Source: Eledone cirrhosa (lineage: Eukaryota). From it: a stretch of 64,000 nucleotides of DNA. The notes beneath the pieces are model-generated. The model did no database searches, was not told the DNA's origin, and saw nothing but the letters and a program-made list of their open reading frames with translations. Shown in pieces: positions 1 to 15,495 of this stretch; within the stretch, counting starts at the first letter, position 1, and every line of letters begins with the position of its first letter. The DNA lies in the NCBI GenBank assembly GCA_964016885.1, contig OZ024750.1:53010001-53074000 (forward strand). Reading direction: 5' to 3'. The position numbers and the translations under genes are program-made.

Positions 1-100
1 TATATGTATATGTATGTATGTATATGTATGTATGTATGTGTATGTATGTATATGTATGTATATGTATGTATGTATATGTATGTATGTATATGTATGTATG

Positions 101-175
<75 letters not shown>

Positions 176-176
176 G

Positions 177-270
<94 letters not shown>

Positions 271-275
271 TATGT

Positions 276-413
<138 letters not shown>

Positions 414-498
414 GTATATATATGTATGTATATGTATGTATGTATGTATATGTATGTATGTATATGTATGTATGTATATGTATGTATGTATGTATATG

Positions 499-635
<137 letters not shown>

Positions 636-664
636 GTATATATATGTATGTATATGTATGTATG

Positions 665-695
<31 letters not shown>

Positions 696-886
696 GTATG
701 TATATATGTATGTATATATATGTATATATATATGTATATATATATGTATATATATATGTATATATATATGTATATATATATGTATATATATATGTATGTA
801 TATATGTATGTATATATGTATGTATATATGTATGTATATATATATGTATGTATATATATGTATATATATATGTATGTATATATATG

Positions 887-940
<54 letters not shown>

Positions 941-1252
941 TGTATATATATATGTATATATATATGTATATATATATGTATGTATATATATATATGTATG
1001 TATATATATATATGTATGTATATATATATATGTATGTATATATATATATGTATGTATATATATATATGTATGTATATATATATATGTATGTATATATATA
1101 TATGTATGTATATATGTATGTATATATATATGTATATATATATGTATGTATATATATGTATATATGTATGTATATATGTATGTATATATATGTATATATG
1201 TATGTATATGTATGTATGTATGTATATATATATGTATGTATGTATGTATGTA

Positions 1253-1285
<33 letters not shown>

Positions 1286-1748
1286 ATATATATGTATGTA
1301 TATATATATGTATATATGTATGTATATATATATGTATATATGTATGTATGTATATATATGTATATATATGTATATATATATGTATATATGTATGTATATA
1401 TATATATGTATATATATGTATATATATATGTATATATGTATGTATATATATATATGTATATATATGTATATATATATGTATATATGTATGTATATATGTA
1501 TGTATGTATATATATGTATATATATGTATATATATATGTATGCATATATATGTATATATATATATATGTATGTATATGCATATATATGTATTTGGATTTA
1601 ATGCTCTGAAATAGCGATATATATGTGAAGAAAACAGAATATTCGAAAATATTCTGTATGTTTATAATAAACATTTTGAAGACCTAATCGCTATAGAATA
1701 GAATACGTCACGTATTACAATTTGAGATTCTCGATAAAAGCAAGGGAA

Positions 1749-1791
1749 GTAACCTACGCGTTTCATTCTTATTTGAAATCATCAGGATTAC
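1749..1791 (-). ncRNA. Minimal type I hammerhead ribozyme (mirror copy)
   Basis: Exact reverse complement of 1990-2032. Confidence 0.85.
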
Positions 1792-1989
1792 ATATCCAAT
1801 GCTTTTATCGAGAATGACACAGCTAGAGACTTATAGAATACTTAGCTGTGTACAGGAACTGGTTTGAAAGAGCGGTTGCTGGTCCGGCAGAAATTAGAAT
1901 TTGGATTTAATGCTCTGAAATAGCGATATATATGTGAAGAAAACATAGAATATGCTAGCTGTGTCATTCTCGATAAAAGCATTGGATAT

Positions 1990-2032
1990 GTAATCCTGAT
2001 GATTTCAAATAAGAATGAAACGCGTAGGTTAC
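1990..2032 (+). ncRNA. Minimal type I hammerhead ribozyme
   Basis: gtaatc-CTGATGA-tttcaaataagaat-GAAA-cgcg-TA-ggttac. Stem I gtaatc/ggttac; self-complementary stem III (ACGCGT); GUA cleavage triplet. Confidence 0.85.
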
Positions 2033-2263
2033 TTCCCTTGCTTTTATCGAGAATCTCAAATTGTAATAAGTGACGTATTCTATTCTATAGCGATTAGGTC
2101 TTCAAAATGTTTATTATAAACATACAGAATATTTTCGAATATTCTATGTTTTCTTCATATATATATATGTATATATGTATGTATATATATATATATGTAT
2201 GTATATATATATATATGTATGTATATATATATATGTATGTATATATATATGTATATATATATG

Positions 2264-2331
<68 letters not shown>

Positions 2332-2365
2332 TATATGTATGTATATATATATGTATATATATATG

Positions 2366-2400
<35 letters not shown>

Positions 2401-2482
2401 GTATATATATATGTATATATATATATATATGTATATATATATGTATATATATATATATATGTATATATATATGTGTATATAT

Positions 2483-2573
<91 letters not shown>

Positions 2574-2587
2574 TATATATATGTATG

Positions 2588-2618
<31 letters not shown>

Positions 2619-2659
2619 GTATATATATATGTATGTATGTATATATATATATATGTATG

Positions 2660-2690
<31 letters not shown>

Positions 2691-2731
2691 GTATATATAT
2701 ATGTATGTATGTATATATATATATATGTATG

Positions 2732-2828
<97 letters not shown>

Positions 2829-2837
2829 GTATGTATG

Positions 2838-2870
<33 letters not shown>

Positions 2871-3710
2871 GTATGTATGTATATATGTATGTATGTATAT
2901 ATATATGTATGTATGTATATATATATGTATGTATGTATATATATATGTATGTATGTATATATATATGTATGTATGTATGTATATATATATGTATGTATGT
3001 ATATATATATGTATGTATGTATATATATATGTATGTATGTATGTATATATGTATGTATGTATATATATATGTATGTATATATATATATGTATGTATGTAT
3101 ATATATATATATGTATGTATATATATATATATGTATGTATATATATATATATGTATGTATATATATATATATATGTATGTATATATATATATATATGTAT
3201 GTATATATATATATATGTATGTATATATATATATATATGTATGTATATATATATATATATGTATGTATATATATATATGTATGTATATATATATATGTAT
3301 GTATATATATATGTATGTATATATATATGTATGTATATATATATGTATGTATATATATATGTATGTATATATATATGTATGTATATATATATGTATGTAT
3401 ATATATATGTATGTATATATATATGTATGTATATATATATGTATGTATATATATATGTATGTATATATATATATGTATGTATATATATATATGTATGTAT
3501 ATATATATATGTATGTATATATATATATGTATGTATATATATATATGTATGTATATATATATATGTATGTATATATATATATATATGTATGTATATATAT
3601 ATATGTATGTATATATATATATGTATGTATGTATATATATATGTATGTATATATATATGTATGTATATATATATGTATGTATATATATATGTATGTATAT
3701 ATATATGTAT

Positions 3711-4318
3711 GTCAGGTCACCACTTGGTGCTACTGGTAACATGTATCCCAGTACAACCTGTTTCATGGTCAGGTCGTTGGCGACTAAACTGGCAACCCCA
3801 CCAAGGTTTCTTGGTGAGGAGGGTGACTTTGGACATCCTGCAGGACTAAACACAAAACCTGTCAAAGGGCAAAGGAGCTATTAAGAGTCAATGGCCATCC
3901 AAAATCACCGGGAGAGATGACCCCTTAGCCTTTGTCAAGGCAGAATTCTAGGAGAAGGAAAACTCTGATATAATACCTGCAACCCTGATGGTATCCAATG
4001 ATGTTGACTTGTTCTTCTTTTTGGTAAATATCATCTTGGTTAAGAGAGTGGGACTGGCTTTGTGCAGTGCCTTTGCTCACTATAAAAGCTTCACGGCACA
4101 GGCATTGCTTTATATCTGGAGATCTCTCCGCACTTGTCGTCACATGGTACCATGGGCCCAACACTATGTGTCAATAGTTGTCACAAGTGTAGTGTTTGTA
4201 CCAGAGTTTTCAAGTCGCTGGCTGGACTAAAAAGTCACACTCGTTCAGCGCATCGGTAGGGGTTCTCCTACATGGATATAAAGTAGTGGTCGTACTCGAA
4301 AACGAGTTGGCAGCCACC
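3711..4318 (+). mobile_element. ~608 bp non-autonomous element, copy 1
   Basis: gtcaggtcacc...gcagccacc, near-identical to 14086-14693 and 15496-16092. No recognisable coding domain. Contains CTAGGAGAAGGAAAACTCTGA, which I recall from RTE-type 5' UTRs; strand inferred from this motif. Confidence 0.8.
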
Positions 4319-4423
4319 ATATATATATGTATGTATGTATATATATATGTATATATATATATATATGTATGTATATATATATGTATGTATATATGTATGT
4401 ATGTATGTATATATGTATGTATG

Positions 4424-4454
<31 letters not shown>

Positions 4455-4493
4455 ATATATATGTATATATATATGTATATATATATATATATG

Positions 4494-4610
<117 letters not shown>

Positions 4611-4861
4611 GTATATATATGTATGTATGTATATATATGTATGTATGTATATATATGTATGTATGTATATGTATGTATGTATATATATGTATGTATGTAT
4701 ATATATGTATGTATGTATATGTATGTATGTATGTATATATATGTATGTATGTATATATATGTATGTATGTATATATATATGTATGTATATATATATGTAT
4801 GTATATATATATGTATGTATATATATATGTATGTATATATATATGTGTATATATGTATGTG

Positions 4862-4898
<37 letters not shown>

Positions 4899-4995
4899 GT
4901 ATGTATATATATATATGTATGTATATGTATGTATGTATGTATATATATGTATGTATGTATGTATGTATATGTATGTATATATATATATGTATGTA

Positions 4996-7517
4996 TGGGG
5001 GACTTCAACCTCCTCGGAGTTGACTGGTCCACAAACAGCCTGCCACCAGGTTCTTCTGCCTCAACCTCTGACAGGGAAGCTGTGGAATCGCTTCTTGACT
5101 TCATGGATGATTTCTTCCTATCCCAACTGGTGCTCGAACCAACGAGTTGCCACAAAAACGTCCTAGACTTAATTTTCAGCAATCACACTGACAATATCCA
5201 CAATATTGCAGTGGAGAAAACTCTACTCTCTGACCATGACATGGTTCTCTGTGATCTGAGATTCCACCGTCCAATATACAAACCCAATGTCATCTCTCCT
5301 GTCCATCCGTTTGACGCTATGGATTTCCACAATGCAAACTGGGAAGCGATCAGTCATGATCTTGCACATGTCGACTGGTCCTTCACGCACACTCATACAC
5401 CCACTAACATCAAAAAGTCCTGGCAGACATTTGTGGACACTGTTACAAACATATGTGCTAAACACACCCCATTAAGAACTATAAACAAATCTAAGAGCAG
5501 AATCCCTAGAAATAGAAAAACGCTCATCAGAAAAATTAAGAGAACGAACAAAAAAATCAACAAGCTGAAATACTGTCAGCAGCAACACATCAACTTAACT
5601 GCCATTTCATCACTAGAGATTAAAAAACATAACCTCCAAAACAACATAATGTCCCTCATCAACAATCAGAGAAGAGCTGAGGAGGCCTGGGCCATTGAGA
5701 AGATCAAACTCAATCCCAAAGTGTTCTTTTCATTTGCAAAAAAACACAAAATCACTGGCTCTACTGTTGGCCCTCTAATTGATGAAAATGGCACTCTTCA
5801 AGACAATGCTAAAACCATGGGTGAGATACTGCAGAAACAATACTGCTCTGTTTTCAGCAATCCTGATATGGCCGATCTGGGCTGTATCGGCGATGTTACT
5901 CCCCATTACACCTTATCGGACATAACGTTTGGCGCCCCTGATGTCTTGGCGGCAATAAAGGAAATCAAGCATAATTCAGCAGTAGGTCCCGATAGGTTCC
6001 CTGCTTGTGTCTTGAAGGCGTGTCAACACCAACTTGCATCTCCTCTTGCCAATCTGTGGCGGAACTCACTGGATGCTGGATATGTGCCAGAAAACCTTCT
6101 ATCCCAGTCTGTTGTCCCAGTTTTCAAAAAGGGAAACAAATCCCTTGCCGTGAATTACCGTCCAATCTCACTCACCTCTCATATCATTAAGGTATTTGAG
6201 AGAGTGGTGAGATCGCGAATGACCCACTTCCTTGAGAGTAACAATATGCTGAACTCCAACCAGCATGGATTCCGTAATGGAAGGGATTGCCTGACGCAGC
6301 TACTGCATCACTTTGATGACATTTTGAGAGCCTTGGGAGAGGGTTCCAACACTGATGTTATCTACCTTGATTTCAGCAAGGCCTTTGACAGGGTTGATCA
6401 TAACATTCTACTGAGAAAGCTGTCCAATATTGGTGTCACTGGAAAGCTGCTGCAGTGGATCAAGAGCTTCCTGTCAAACAGAACCCAACATGTTGTAGTT
6501 GAGGGAGTCAAATCCAGCCCAGCCAAAGTCAGTAGTGGGGTCCCACAAGGCACTGTGTTGGGCCCACTTCTCTTCATCATCTATATTAATGACATCACTG
6601 ACATCATCAAACACAGCAACATTAAAATTTTCGCTGATGATTCCAAGCTCCAAAAGGTCATCAATGGCGTGGATGACCGGATAAGCCTTCAGTCAGACCT
6701 ACTGGCTGTTACCCAATGGGCGGAAAAGAACAACATGTTACTGAACGAAGACAAATTCGAACTGATCCACTTTGGAAAAGAGGATGCTCTGAAACTCCCG
6801 TACTCCCTTCCCTCCGGGGAAACTCTCGTGGCATCTAACAACATCAGAGACTTGGGAGTAACCGTGGACAGCAACATAAGCTGGACCACGCATATAAGCA
6901 GCAAAGTTGACATGGCCCGCAGAATGTGTTCCTGGATCCTCAGAACCTTCCAGTCGAGAGATTCCCGCACCATTATCCTTCTCTTCTCTACTTTTGCCCG
7001 ACCACACCTTGAATACTGTTGTCCACTGTGGTCTCCCCACACGAAACAAAGTATCATGAAACTTGAAGCTCCTCAAAGGGCAATCACGAAAAAGATAGAT
7101 GGCATGTCAGACCTTGACTACTGGGGTCGATTAGAAAACCTGAAACTTTACTCACTCCAACGTCGCCGTGAGCGTTATATTATCTGCATGATGTGGAAAA
7201 TGTTCCATCATCACTGCCCAAATGATGTTGGCATCGCCTTCAAGATACACCCAAGGCTTGGGCCCCGTGCTATCCGTCCCATTCAAAAATCTAAATCGCA
7301 ACTCATAACAACAATACGGCACAATTATTTCACCTCAATCGGCCCTGCTCTCTTCAACATCACACCAGGACACGTCAAAACAGAAACTGACCACACAAAA
7401 TTCAAGAAGTCTTTGGACAAATTCCTCCAAGTAATCCCGGACAAACCACCCACACCCGGATATGTCTCCGCAAACAGTAATTCTCTTCTCGAATGGGCCA
7501 TGGTGCCCAAATCCTGA
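4996..7517 (+). CDS. LINE ORF2 (APE C-terminus + reverse transcriptase), uninterrupted but 5' truncated
   Basis: [58 protein letters not shown]. The first ~220 aa of track ORF 4335..7517 are microsatellite read-through. Confidence 0.92.
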
Positions 7518-7603
7518 ATTGAAAGACTTCGCCAGGTGGTGCTATTAAGTTAGACATGGCCTGGGCCAATACTGGCCAAAACATTTCAAAGTTATTCAAA
7601 GTT
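4996..7603 (+). mobile_element. 5'-truncated CR1/L2-group (Jockey superfamily) LINE
   Basis: Starts inside the AP endonuclease (GDFN ... LDL ... SDH). Short 3' UTR ending in a ttcaaagtta tandem. Confidence 0.9.
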
Positions 7604-7614
7604 ATATATGTATG

Positions 7615-7663
<49 letters not shown>

Positions 7664-7962
7664 ATATATATATATATATATGTATGTATATATGTATGTA
7701 TATATATATATATGTATGTATATATATATATATGTATGTATATATATATATGTATGTATATATATATGTATGTATATATATGTATATATATATGTATATA
7801 TATATGTATGTATATATGTATGTATGTATATATATATGTATGTATATATATGTATATATATGTATATATATGTATATGTGTATATATATGTATATATATG
7901 TGTATATGTATATATGTATATGTATATGTATATATATGTATATATATATGTATATGTATATA

Positions 7963-8823
7963 GTAAATGAAAATACTCGGCGTGGCTTAATTCGCCATGG
8001 GGCCCGGGGCGCGGCCGTTGTTTTAACCGCCAAATAGTACCTTTAAATTACAGAACAAATCGGAAATATTATATAATTAATTGTTAAACTGTTGAACTTT
8101 AAATTTTCTAACCTCTTTAATATTGAATATTGATTATTAAATGTTTTTAACTTCATCCTAGAAGTCTAAACACTGTAAAACACTGACTCCCAATATATCC
8201 ATCTCCGCTAAGATGCGGGTCCCTGTGAAAATTTTCTCGCGTCACTCCTGGCTTGACTGTGGTCTGACATTAATATCGACCTTTCTTCCTCTTCCTTTCT
8301 ATCTTCCTTCTTGTAGCCATCAACCCTTACTTTTCTACTTCTCTCTTCCCTTCCTTCTCTCCTCTCCTCCTCCCTGCAGACTTATCTTCCTTCCCCCTCT
8401 TGCTTGCCTATATCTGACCAGTAGTAGTTACCTTCCTCTTTTAGCTGACATTAACCCTGACTTCTCTTCTTCTTTCTTCCCCCTTCTTCTCCTTCCATTC
8501 TTTCTTTCTTTTACCTTGTGTCATGGGATCGACGTTAACCTATGCTCCCATCTCTTTCTGTTTTCGTTCATCTGACCGGTAGTAGCATACTATAAAATTT
8601 AGCCACGTCACTCCAGGGCGACCGGCTGAGGTTGAAGGAACAGAATAGCGGTCGCCCTCGGGTCTCGATTTTCAGCCCCATGGATTTTACCTATTACATT
8701 CACGTATTATATTTCGAATACCTGATGATATCACCGGATTCATACGGAACCCGGTCATTGAAATGATCATAGTATAATAAACTTTTCAAGGATTTACACA
8801 AATCCAGCCTCCTGTCATTTCAT
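7963..8823 (+). mobile_element. Non-coding Penelope-like 3' region / pseudo-LTR with hammerhead
   Basis: Pyrimidine-rich tract, then a hammerhead, AATAAA and a short tail running into (TA)n. Confidence 0.6.
8718..8775 (+). ncRNA. Type I hammerhead ribozyme
   Basis: atac-CTGATGA-[stem II accgg...ccggt]-GAAA-tgatca-TA-gtat. Palindromic stem III ATGATCAT; stem I atac/gtat. Confidence 0.75.
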
Positions 8824-8881
8824 TATATATATATGTATATGTATATATGTATATATATATATATGTATTTATATATATATG

Positions 8882-8980
<99 letters not shown>

Positions 8981-9061
8981 GTATTTATATATATATGTAT
9001 TTATATATATATGTATTTATATATATATGTATATATATATATATGTTTATATATATATATG

Positions 9062-9094
<33 letters not shown>

Positions 9095-9229
9095 GTATAT
9101 GTATATATATATGTATATGTATATATATATATGTATATGTATATATATATATGTATATATATATGTATATGTATATATATATATATGTATATATATATGT
9201 ATATATATGTATATATATGTATATATATG

Positions 9230-9260
<31 letters not shown>

Positions 9261-9307
9261 GTATATATATGTATATATATGTATATATATGTATATGTAT
9301 ATATATG

Positions 9308-9392
<85 letters not shown>

Positions 9393-9399
9393 GTATATG

Positions 9400-9478
<79 letters not shown>

Positions 9479-9487
9479 GTATATATG

Positions 9488-9518
<31 letters not shown>

Positions 9519-9535
9519 GTATATATGTATATATG

Positions 9536-9646
<111 letters not shown>

Positions 9647-9737
9647 GTATATATATGTATATGTATATATATGTATATGTATATATATGTATATATATAT
9701 ATATGTATATATATGTATATATATATGTATATATATG

Positions 9738-9770
<33 letters not shown>

Positions 9771-9895
9771 GTATCTATATGTATATATATATATATGTAT
9801 ATATATGTGTATATATATATATGTGTATATATATATATGTATATATATATATGTATATATATATGTATATATATATATATATGTATATATATATG

Positions 9896-9984
<89 letters not shown>

Positions 9985-10049
9985 GTATGTATGTATGTAT
10001 ATATGTATGTATGTATATATGTATGTATGTATGTATATATGTATGTATG

Positions 10050-10083
<34 letters not shown>

Positions 10084-10168
10084 TGTATGTATGTATGTAT
10101 GTATGTATGTATGTATGTATGTATGTATGTATGTATGTATGTATATATGTATGTATATATATATGTAT

Positions 10169-10660
10169 GTTTTCTCTTTCTCTTAATTTCGAGTATATTT
10201 TTTTGACCGGCCACCTTCCTGGTGGCAAGGTTGTAAAAGAAAAGAAATTGTCATCCCTTGAATCGCAAGAATGTTTTGCATATTTTGAAGGTGCCAGCTA
10301 TCGCAGCCATTTGTAGACTATGAATTAGGGAGCTGCGCTTTTTGTCCGCAAATCCAAGTTCGGTCATACTTTGGTCCAAGCGGGTTGGTATATAACCCGT
10401 AGCACCAATAATGATGGGTATGAAGCTAAAGGTGTATCTTGGATACTGGATTTGTAAGCTCCTCATCAATGGTCCGTAGATGTCCTCCTTCTCCTGTATT
10501 TTTCTGACAACGTTTACATCAAGTGGGCAGCTGATCTCCACAACAGAACACGTTTTCAATGTGTGGTCCCAAACTACAATATCAGGCCGGTTGTGCTTTA
10601 ATTTGGTGGCAGTTTTTATTTTCAGGTTCCACCAGTATTCCTTAGTGCCATCTGTCTCAA
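10169..10660 (-). mobile_element. Heavily 5'-truncated copy of the adjacent R4/Dong-like element
   Basis: Near-identical to 10768-11259, with the same 3' junction into (ATAC)n. Confidence 0.92.
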
Positions 10661-10767
10661 GGTATGTATATATATATGTATGTATGTATATATATATATG
10701 TATGTATATATATATGTATGTATGTATGTATATATATATGTATGTATGTATATATATATATATGTAT

Positions 10768-13505
10768 GTTTTCTCTTTCTCTTAATTTCGAGTATATTTT
10801 TTTGACCGGCCACCTTCCTGGTGGCAAGGTTGTAAAAGAAAAGAAATTGTCATCCCTTGAATCGCAAGAATGTTTTGCATATTTTGAAGGTGCCAGCTAT
10901 CGCAGCCATTTGTAGACTATGAATTAGGGAGCTGCGCTTTTTGTCCGCAAATCCAAGTTCGGTCATACTTTGGTTCAAGCGGGTTGGTATATAACCCGTA
11001 GCACCAATAATGATGGGTATGAAGCTAAAGGTGTATCTTGGATACTGGATTTGTAAGCTCCTCATCAATGGTCCGTAGATGTCCTCCTTCTCCTGTATTT
11101 TTCTGACAACGTTTACATCAAGTGGGCAGCTGATCTCCACAACAGAACACGTTTTCAATGTGTGGTCCCAAACTACAATATCAGGCCGGTTGTGCTTTAA
11201 TTTGGTGGCAGTTTTTATTTTCAGGTTCCACCAGTATTCCTTAGTGCCATCTGTCTCAATATATTCTTCCTCGTTTGTTGTTAATTTTGTTTTCCGAAGT
11301 GCGTTCCAGATAGTTCTAGCTATCCCATCGTGTCTCATGGGGAGGTAGTAGCGAGATGACATTCTTTCGCAGCTGGCAACAATGTGGCTTACATCCTCGA
11401 TCTTTGTTTTACATAGCCTACATTTATTGTCAGCTGCTGGCCCTCCTCTTTTGTGCAGCAGATATTTGGTAGGGAGTTCTTGTTCCTGTATTGCATAGAG
11501 ATATCCCTCAAGGTGTGATGTCATAAACTTGTCGGAACTCCATGCCAGGCTTTTTGAGTGGTTTATCCCCTCTATGGTCTGTGTTTTACGCCTCAAGTAT
11601 CCATGCACAACTTTCTCTGTAAATTGGTCAATTTTTTTTTCTTGTTTGAACATTGAATAGGATCTTCCGATTTCTCTGGGTGAGAGATTTATATCAGGCT
11701 TTATTCCATATCTCTCCTCCAGATCAGTCGCTATTCTAATGATATTTCTTTTTTCATGCTCATAAACCTGAGCAAGATGGTCGCCAACCTTTTTCCTCTG
11801 TTGAAGGTGTTGCTTCAGTGTTACTATCCGGGTCTCATATGTTGTTAATATTGATTTTAGACCCCGGCCACCTTCCTTGCGTGAGAAGTATAGCCTATCC
11901 ACATCACCATTGATGTTAAAGTTCCCAGTAACACTGAGAAGTTTACGAGTTCTAACATCCATCTCACTTAGTTCTTGCAATGACCAGTTCAGTAGGCCAA
12001 ATGTTGGCGTTATAATTGGCACAGCATAGGTATTGTGGGCAATGTATTTGTTGTATGCTGACAGTTCTGATGACCATATTTTTTTTACTCTTCTGAGGTA
12101 TTCAGTTCTGGTTCTCTCCTTATTTATGGGTCCATCATATCTGACATTCTCATCCTGTCCAAGATATCTGTAGTTGTCACCTGACTGCAGAGGTTGTATT
12201 GTCAGGCCGTTCATATCTAGATTTCTAGAGGAGGGCACAGCTCTTCCACGTTTTACTGCCAAATATGCACACTTGGACTCACCAAATTTCATTTTGATGT
12301 CGGTTGAAAATTGTGTAATGAGGTCCAATTGTTTCTTGATGTCATTGATATTTGGCCCATACAACTTCAGGTCATCAACAAAGAAAAGATGGGAGATACT
12401 TCTGGGCCCACTTCTTTGTCCACCTTGTTTCCTGAGTAGGTAAGATAGTGGATTCAGTGAGAGAACGAAGAGTAGTACTGACAAGCTATCACCCTGAAAG
12501 ATGCCCTTCTGGTAATGTATCCTATCAGTCTTAACCTGCTCCTTCTCACCTCTAAGGATCAAATTGGTGTACCAGTTCTTGGTCAGGCGTTCAACAGCAG
12601 CTACTAATGGTTGTGGGACTTTAGCTAACTGTAAAGCCTTAATAATCCACCCATGAGGTACACTATCAAATGCTTTTTGATAGTCCAGCCACACGACAGT
12701 CATGTTTCTGCGATTCTTTGTTGTTTTTTCCTGAATCATTTTGTTAGTTAGTAGGTGATCTATGCAACCCCACACCTCCCTCTTTCCACCAGCTTGCTCA
12801 GGTGTTATGATGTTGTTGGTAGCACAGTGATCCTGTAAGAACAGGTTAAGGCACCCAGTATATAATTTATACATGATGTTTTGGCAGGCAATTGGGCGGT
12901 AATTTTTAGCAAGGGTGGTTTGGCTATTTTTGGGAATGAGGAGAGTAGTGGCAGTTGATAACCATCTGGGCAGTTCTTGTGTGCCCTTAATGGTTTCTGT
13001 AAACAGCCGTATGAGATCTTGCCGATAGAAAGTGAAATTCTTCAACCAGTATCCTGTAATGAGGTCTGGGCCTGGCGATTTCCTATTCGACATTTTCTGT
13101 AGAGCTGTTTCCAGTATTGACCCATCTATGTCATATTGTTTTGTCTGGACATGTTGGCAGTAGTCCTGTTCCAGTTGTTTTAGCCAATTAGCTTGTCTGT
13201 TGAATCCGTCATCCGTTTCCCATACAGATCTCCAGTAGTTCTCAACCTGTTCTTTTGAAGGGGTGTCGTTTACAGGGATTGAGCTTTTGCCACCGAAGCT
13301 GCGATAAACTGATTTAGGATCTCTGGCAAACAATCTATTTAGCACTTGTCGTTTATGGGCTGTTGACTTATATTTTAGTCTTTCTGTTGTAGCTGTGAGT
13401 TGTTGTTTCAACTGGTGTAATTTGGAGTTCAAAGTTTTAAATTTGGTATCTCCAAATCGTCTCTCTAACTTTTTCTTTAGGTCTTCCTGGTGTCGTGTGA
13501 AGTTT
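10768..13505 (-). mobile_element. R4/Dong-like non-LTR retrotransposon with restriction-like endonuclease, 5' truncated
   Basis: RT, CCHC finger and RLE; ~80 bp 3' UTR joined to (ATAC)n. Confidence 0.9.
10850..13504 (-). CDS. RT + CCHC zinc finger + PD-(D/E)xK endonuclease
   Basis: [74 protein letters not shown]. The frame stays open upstream of 13432 to the truncation point ([12 protein letters not shown]...). Confidence 0.92.
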   Translation of the reverse strand, partial: NFTRHQEDLKKKLERRFGDTKFKTLNSKLHQLKQQLTATTERLKYKSTAHKRQVLNRLFARDPKSVYRSFGGKSSIPVNDTPSKEQVENYWRSVWETDDGFNRQANWLKQLEQDYCQHVQTKQYDIDGSILETALQKMSNRKSPGPDLITGYWLKNFTFYRQDLIRLFTETIKGTQELPRWLSTATTLLIPKNSQTTLAKNYRPIACQNIMYKLYTGCLNLFLQDHCATNNIITPEQAGGKREVWGCIDHLLTNKMIQEKTTKNRRNMTVVWLDYQKAFDSVPHGWIIKALQLAKVPQPLVAAVERLTKNWYTNLILRGEKEQVKTDRIHYQKGIFQGDSLSVLLFVLSLNPLSYLLRKQGGQRSGPRSISHLFFVDDLKLYGPNINDIKKQLDLITQFSTDIKMKFGESKCAYLAVKRGRAVPSSRNLDMNGLTIQPLQSGDNYRYLGQDENVRYDGPINKERTRTEYLRRVKKIWSSELSAYNKYIAHNTYAVPIITPTFGLLNWSLQELSEMDVRTRKLLSVTGNFNINGDVDRLYFSRKEGGRGLKSILTTYETRIVTLKQHLQQRKKVGDHLAQVYEHEKRNIIRIATDLEERYGIKPDINLSPREIGRSYSMFKQEKKIDQFTEKVVHGYLRRKTQTIEGINHSKSLAWSSDKFMTSHLEGYLYAIQEQELPTKYLLHKRGGPAADNKCRLCKTKIEDVSHIVASCERMSSRYYLPMRHDGIARTIWNALRKTKLTTNEEEYIETDGTKEYWWNLKIKTATKLKHNRPDIVVWDHTLKTCSVVEISCPLDVNVVRKIQEKEDIYGPLMRSLQIQYPRYTFSFIPIIIGATGYIPTRLNQSMTELGFADKKRSSLIHSLQMAAIAGTFKICKTFLRFKG

Positions 13506-13608
13506 GTATGTATGTATATATATATGTATGAAGATGTATGTATGTATATATATATGTATGTATGTATATATATATGTATGTATGTATATATATATATATG
13601 TATGTATG

Positions 13609-13642
<34 letters not shown>

Positions 13643-13928
13643 TGTATGTATGTATGTATATATGTATGTATGTATATATATATATGTATGTATATATATA
13701 TATGTATGTATATATATATATATATGTATGTATATATATATGTATGTATGTATGTATATATATATATGTATGTATGTATATATATATATGTATGTATGTA
13801 TATATATATATGTATGTATATATATATATGTATGTATATATATATGTATATATATATGTATGTATGTATATATATATATGTATGTATGTATATATATATA
13901 TATGTATGTATATATGTATGTATGTATG

Positions 13929-13962
<34 letters not shown>

Positions 13963-14085
13963 TGTATATATATATATATGTATGTATGTATGTATATATA
14001 TATGTATATATATATGTATATATATATGTATATATATGTATGTATATATATATATATGTATGTATGTATGTATGTATATATATAT

Positions 14086-14693
14086 GTCAGGTCACCAGTT
14101 GGTGCTACTGGTAACATGTATCCCAGTACAACCTGTCTCATGGTCGGGTCGTTGGCGACTAAACTGGCAACCCCACCAAGGTTTCTTGGTGAGGAGGGTG
14201 ACTTTGGACATCCTGCAGGACTAAAAACAAAACCTGTCAAAGGTCAAAGGAGCTCTTAAGAGTCAATGGCCATCCAAAATCACCGGGAGAGATGACCCCT
14301 TAGCCTTAGTCAAGGTAGAATTCTAGGAGAAGGAAAACTCTGATATAACACCTGCAACCCTGATGATATCCAATGATGTTGACTTGTTCTTCTTTTTGGT
14401 AAATATCATCTTGGTTAAGAGAGTGGGACTGGCTTTGTGCAGTGCCTTTGCTCACTATAAAAGCTTCACGGCACAGGCATTGCTTTATATCTGGAGATCT
14501 CTCTGCATTTGTCGTCACATGGTACCATGGGCCCAGCACTATGTGTCAATAATTGTCACAAGTGTAGTGTTTGTACCAGAGCTTTGAAGTCGCTGGTTAG
14601 ACTAAAAAGTCACACTCGTTCAGCGTATCGGTAGGGGTTCTCCTACATGGATATAAAGTAGTGGCCGTACTCGAAAACGAGTTGGCAGCCACC
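14086..14693 (+). mobile_element. ~608 bp non-autonomous element, copy 2
   Basis: Same 5' and 3' ends as copy 1; flanked by TA/TATG. Confidence 0.8.
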
Positions 14694-14760
14694 ATATATA
14701 TATGTATATATATATGTATATATATGTATGTATATATATATATGTATGTATATATATATG

Positions 14761-14791
<31 letters not shown>

Positions 14792-14800
14792 ATATATATG

Positions 14801-14831
<31 letters not shown>

Positions 14832-14876
14832 ATATATATGTATATATATATATATGTATGTATGTATATATATATG

Positions 14877-14907
<31 letters not shown>

Positions 14908-14916
14908 ATATATATG

Positions 14917-14947
<31 letters not shown>

Positions 14948-14980
14948 ATATATATGTATATATATATATATATATGTATG

Positions 14981-15013
<33 letters not shown>

Positions 15014-15334
15014 GTATGTATATATATATATATATGTATGTATGTATGTATACATATATATATGTATGTATGTATGTATATATATATATATGTATGTATG
15101 TATGTATATATATATATATGTATGTATGTATGTATATATATATATATGTATGTATGTATGTATATATATATATATGTGTATATATGTGTATGTATATATA
15201 TGTATATATGTGTGTATATATATGTATATATATATATATATATATATGTGTGTATATATATATGTATATATATATATATATGTGTGTATATATATATGTG
15301 TGTATATATATATGTGTGTATATATATATATGTG

Positions 15335-15365
<31 letters not shown>

Positions 15366-15450
15366 GTGTGTATATATATATGTATATATATATATATATG
15401 TGTGTATATATATATGTATATATATATATATGTATGTATATATGTATGTA

Positions 15451-15486
<36 letters not shown>

Positions 15487-15495
15487 TGTATATAT

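Larger units (their letters stand above)
1591..2157. mobile_element. Hammerhead-bearing foldback element (Penelope pseudo-LTR or retrozyme-like)
   Basis: ~205 bp inverted repeat (~1623-1826 vs ~1955-2157) plus a 45 bp direct repeat (1591-1635 = 1900-1944). One hammerhead in each arm. Confidence 0.8.

Noticed and set aside
3711-3795. Canonical HDV-like ribozyme at the 5' end of the 608 bp element
   Set aside because: P4-like, CUAA and P2-like pairings are present, but I could not build P1/P3/P1.1 by eye; left as a hypothesis.
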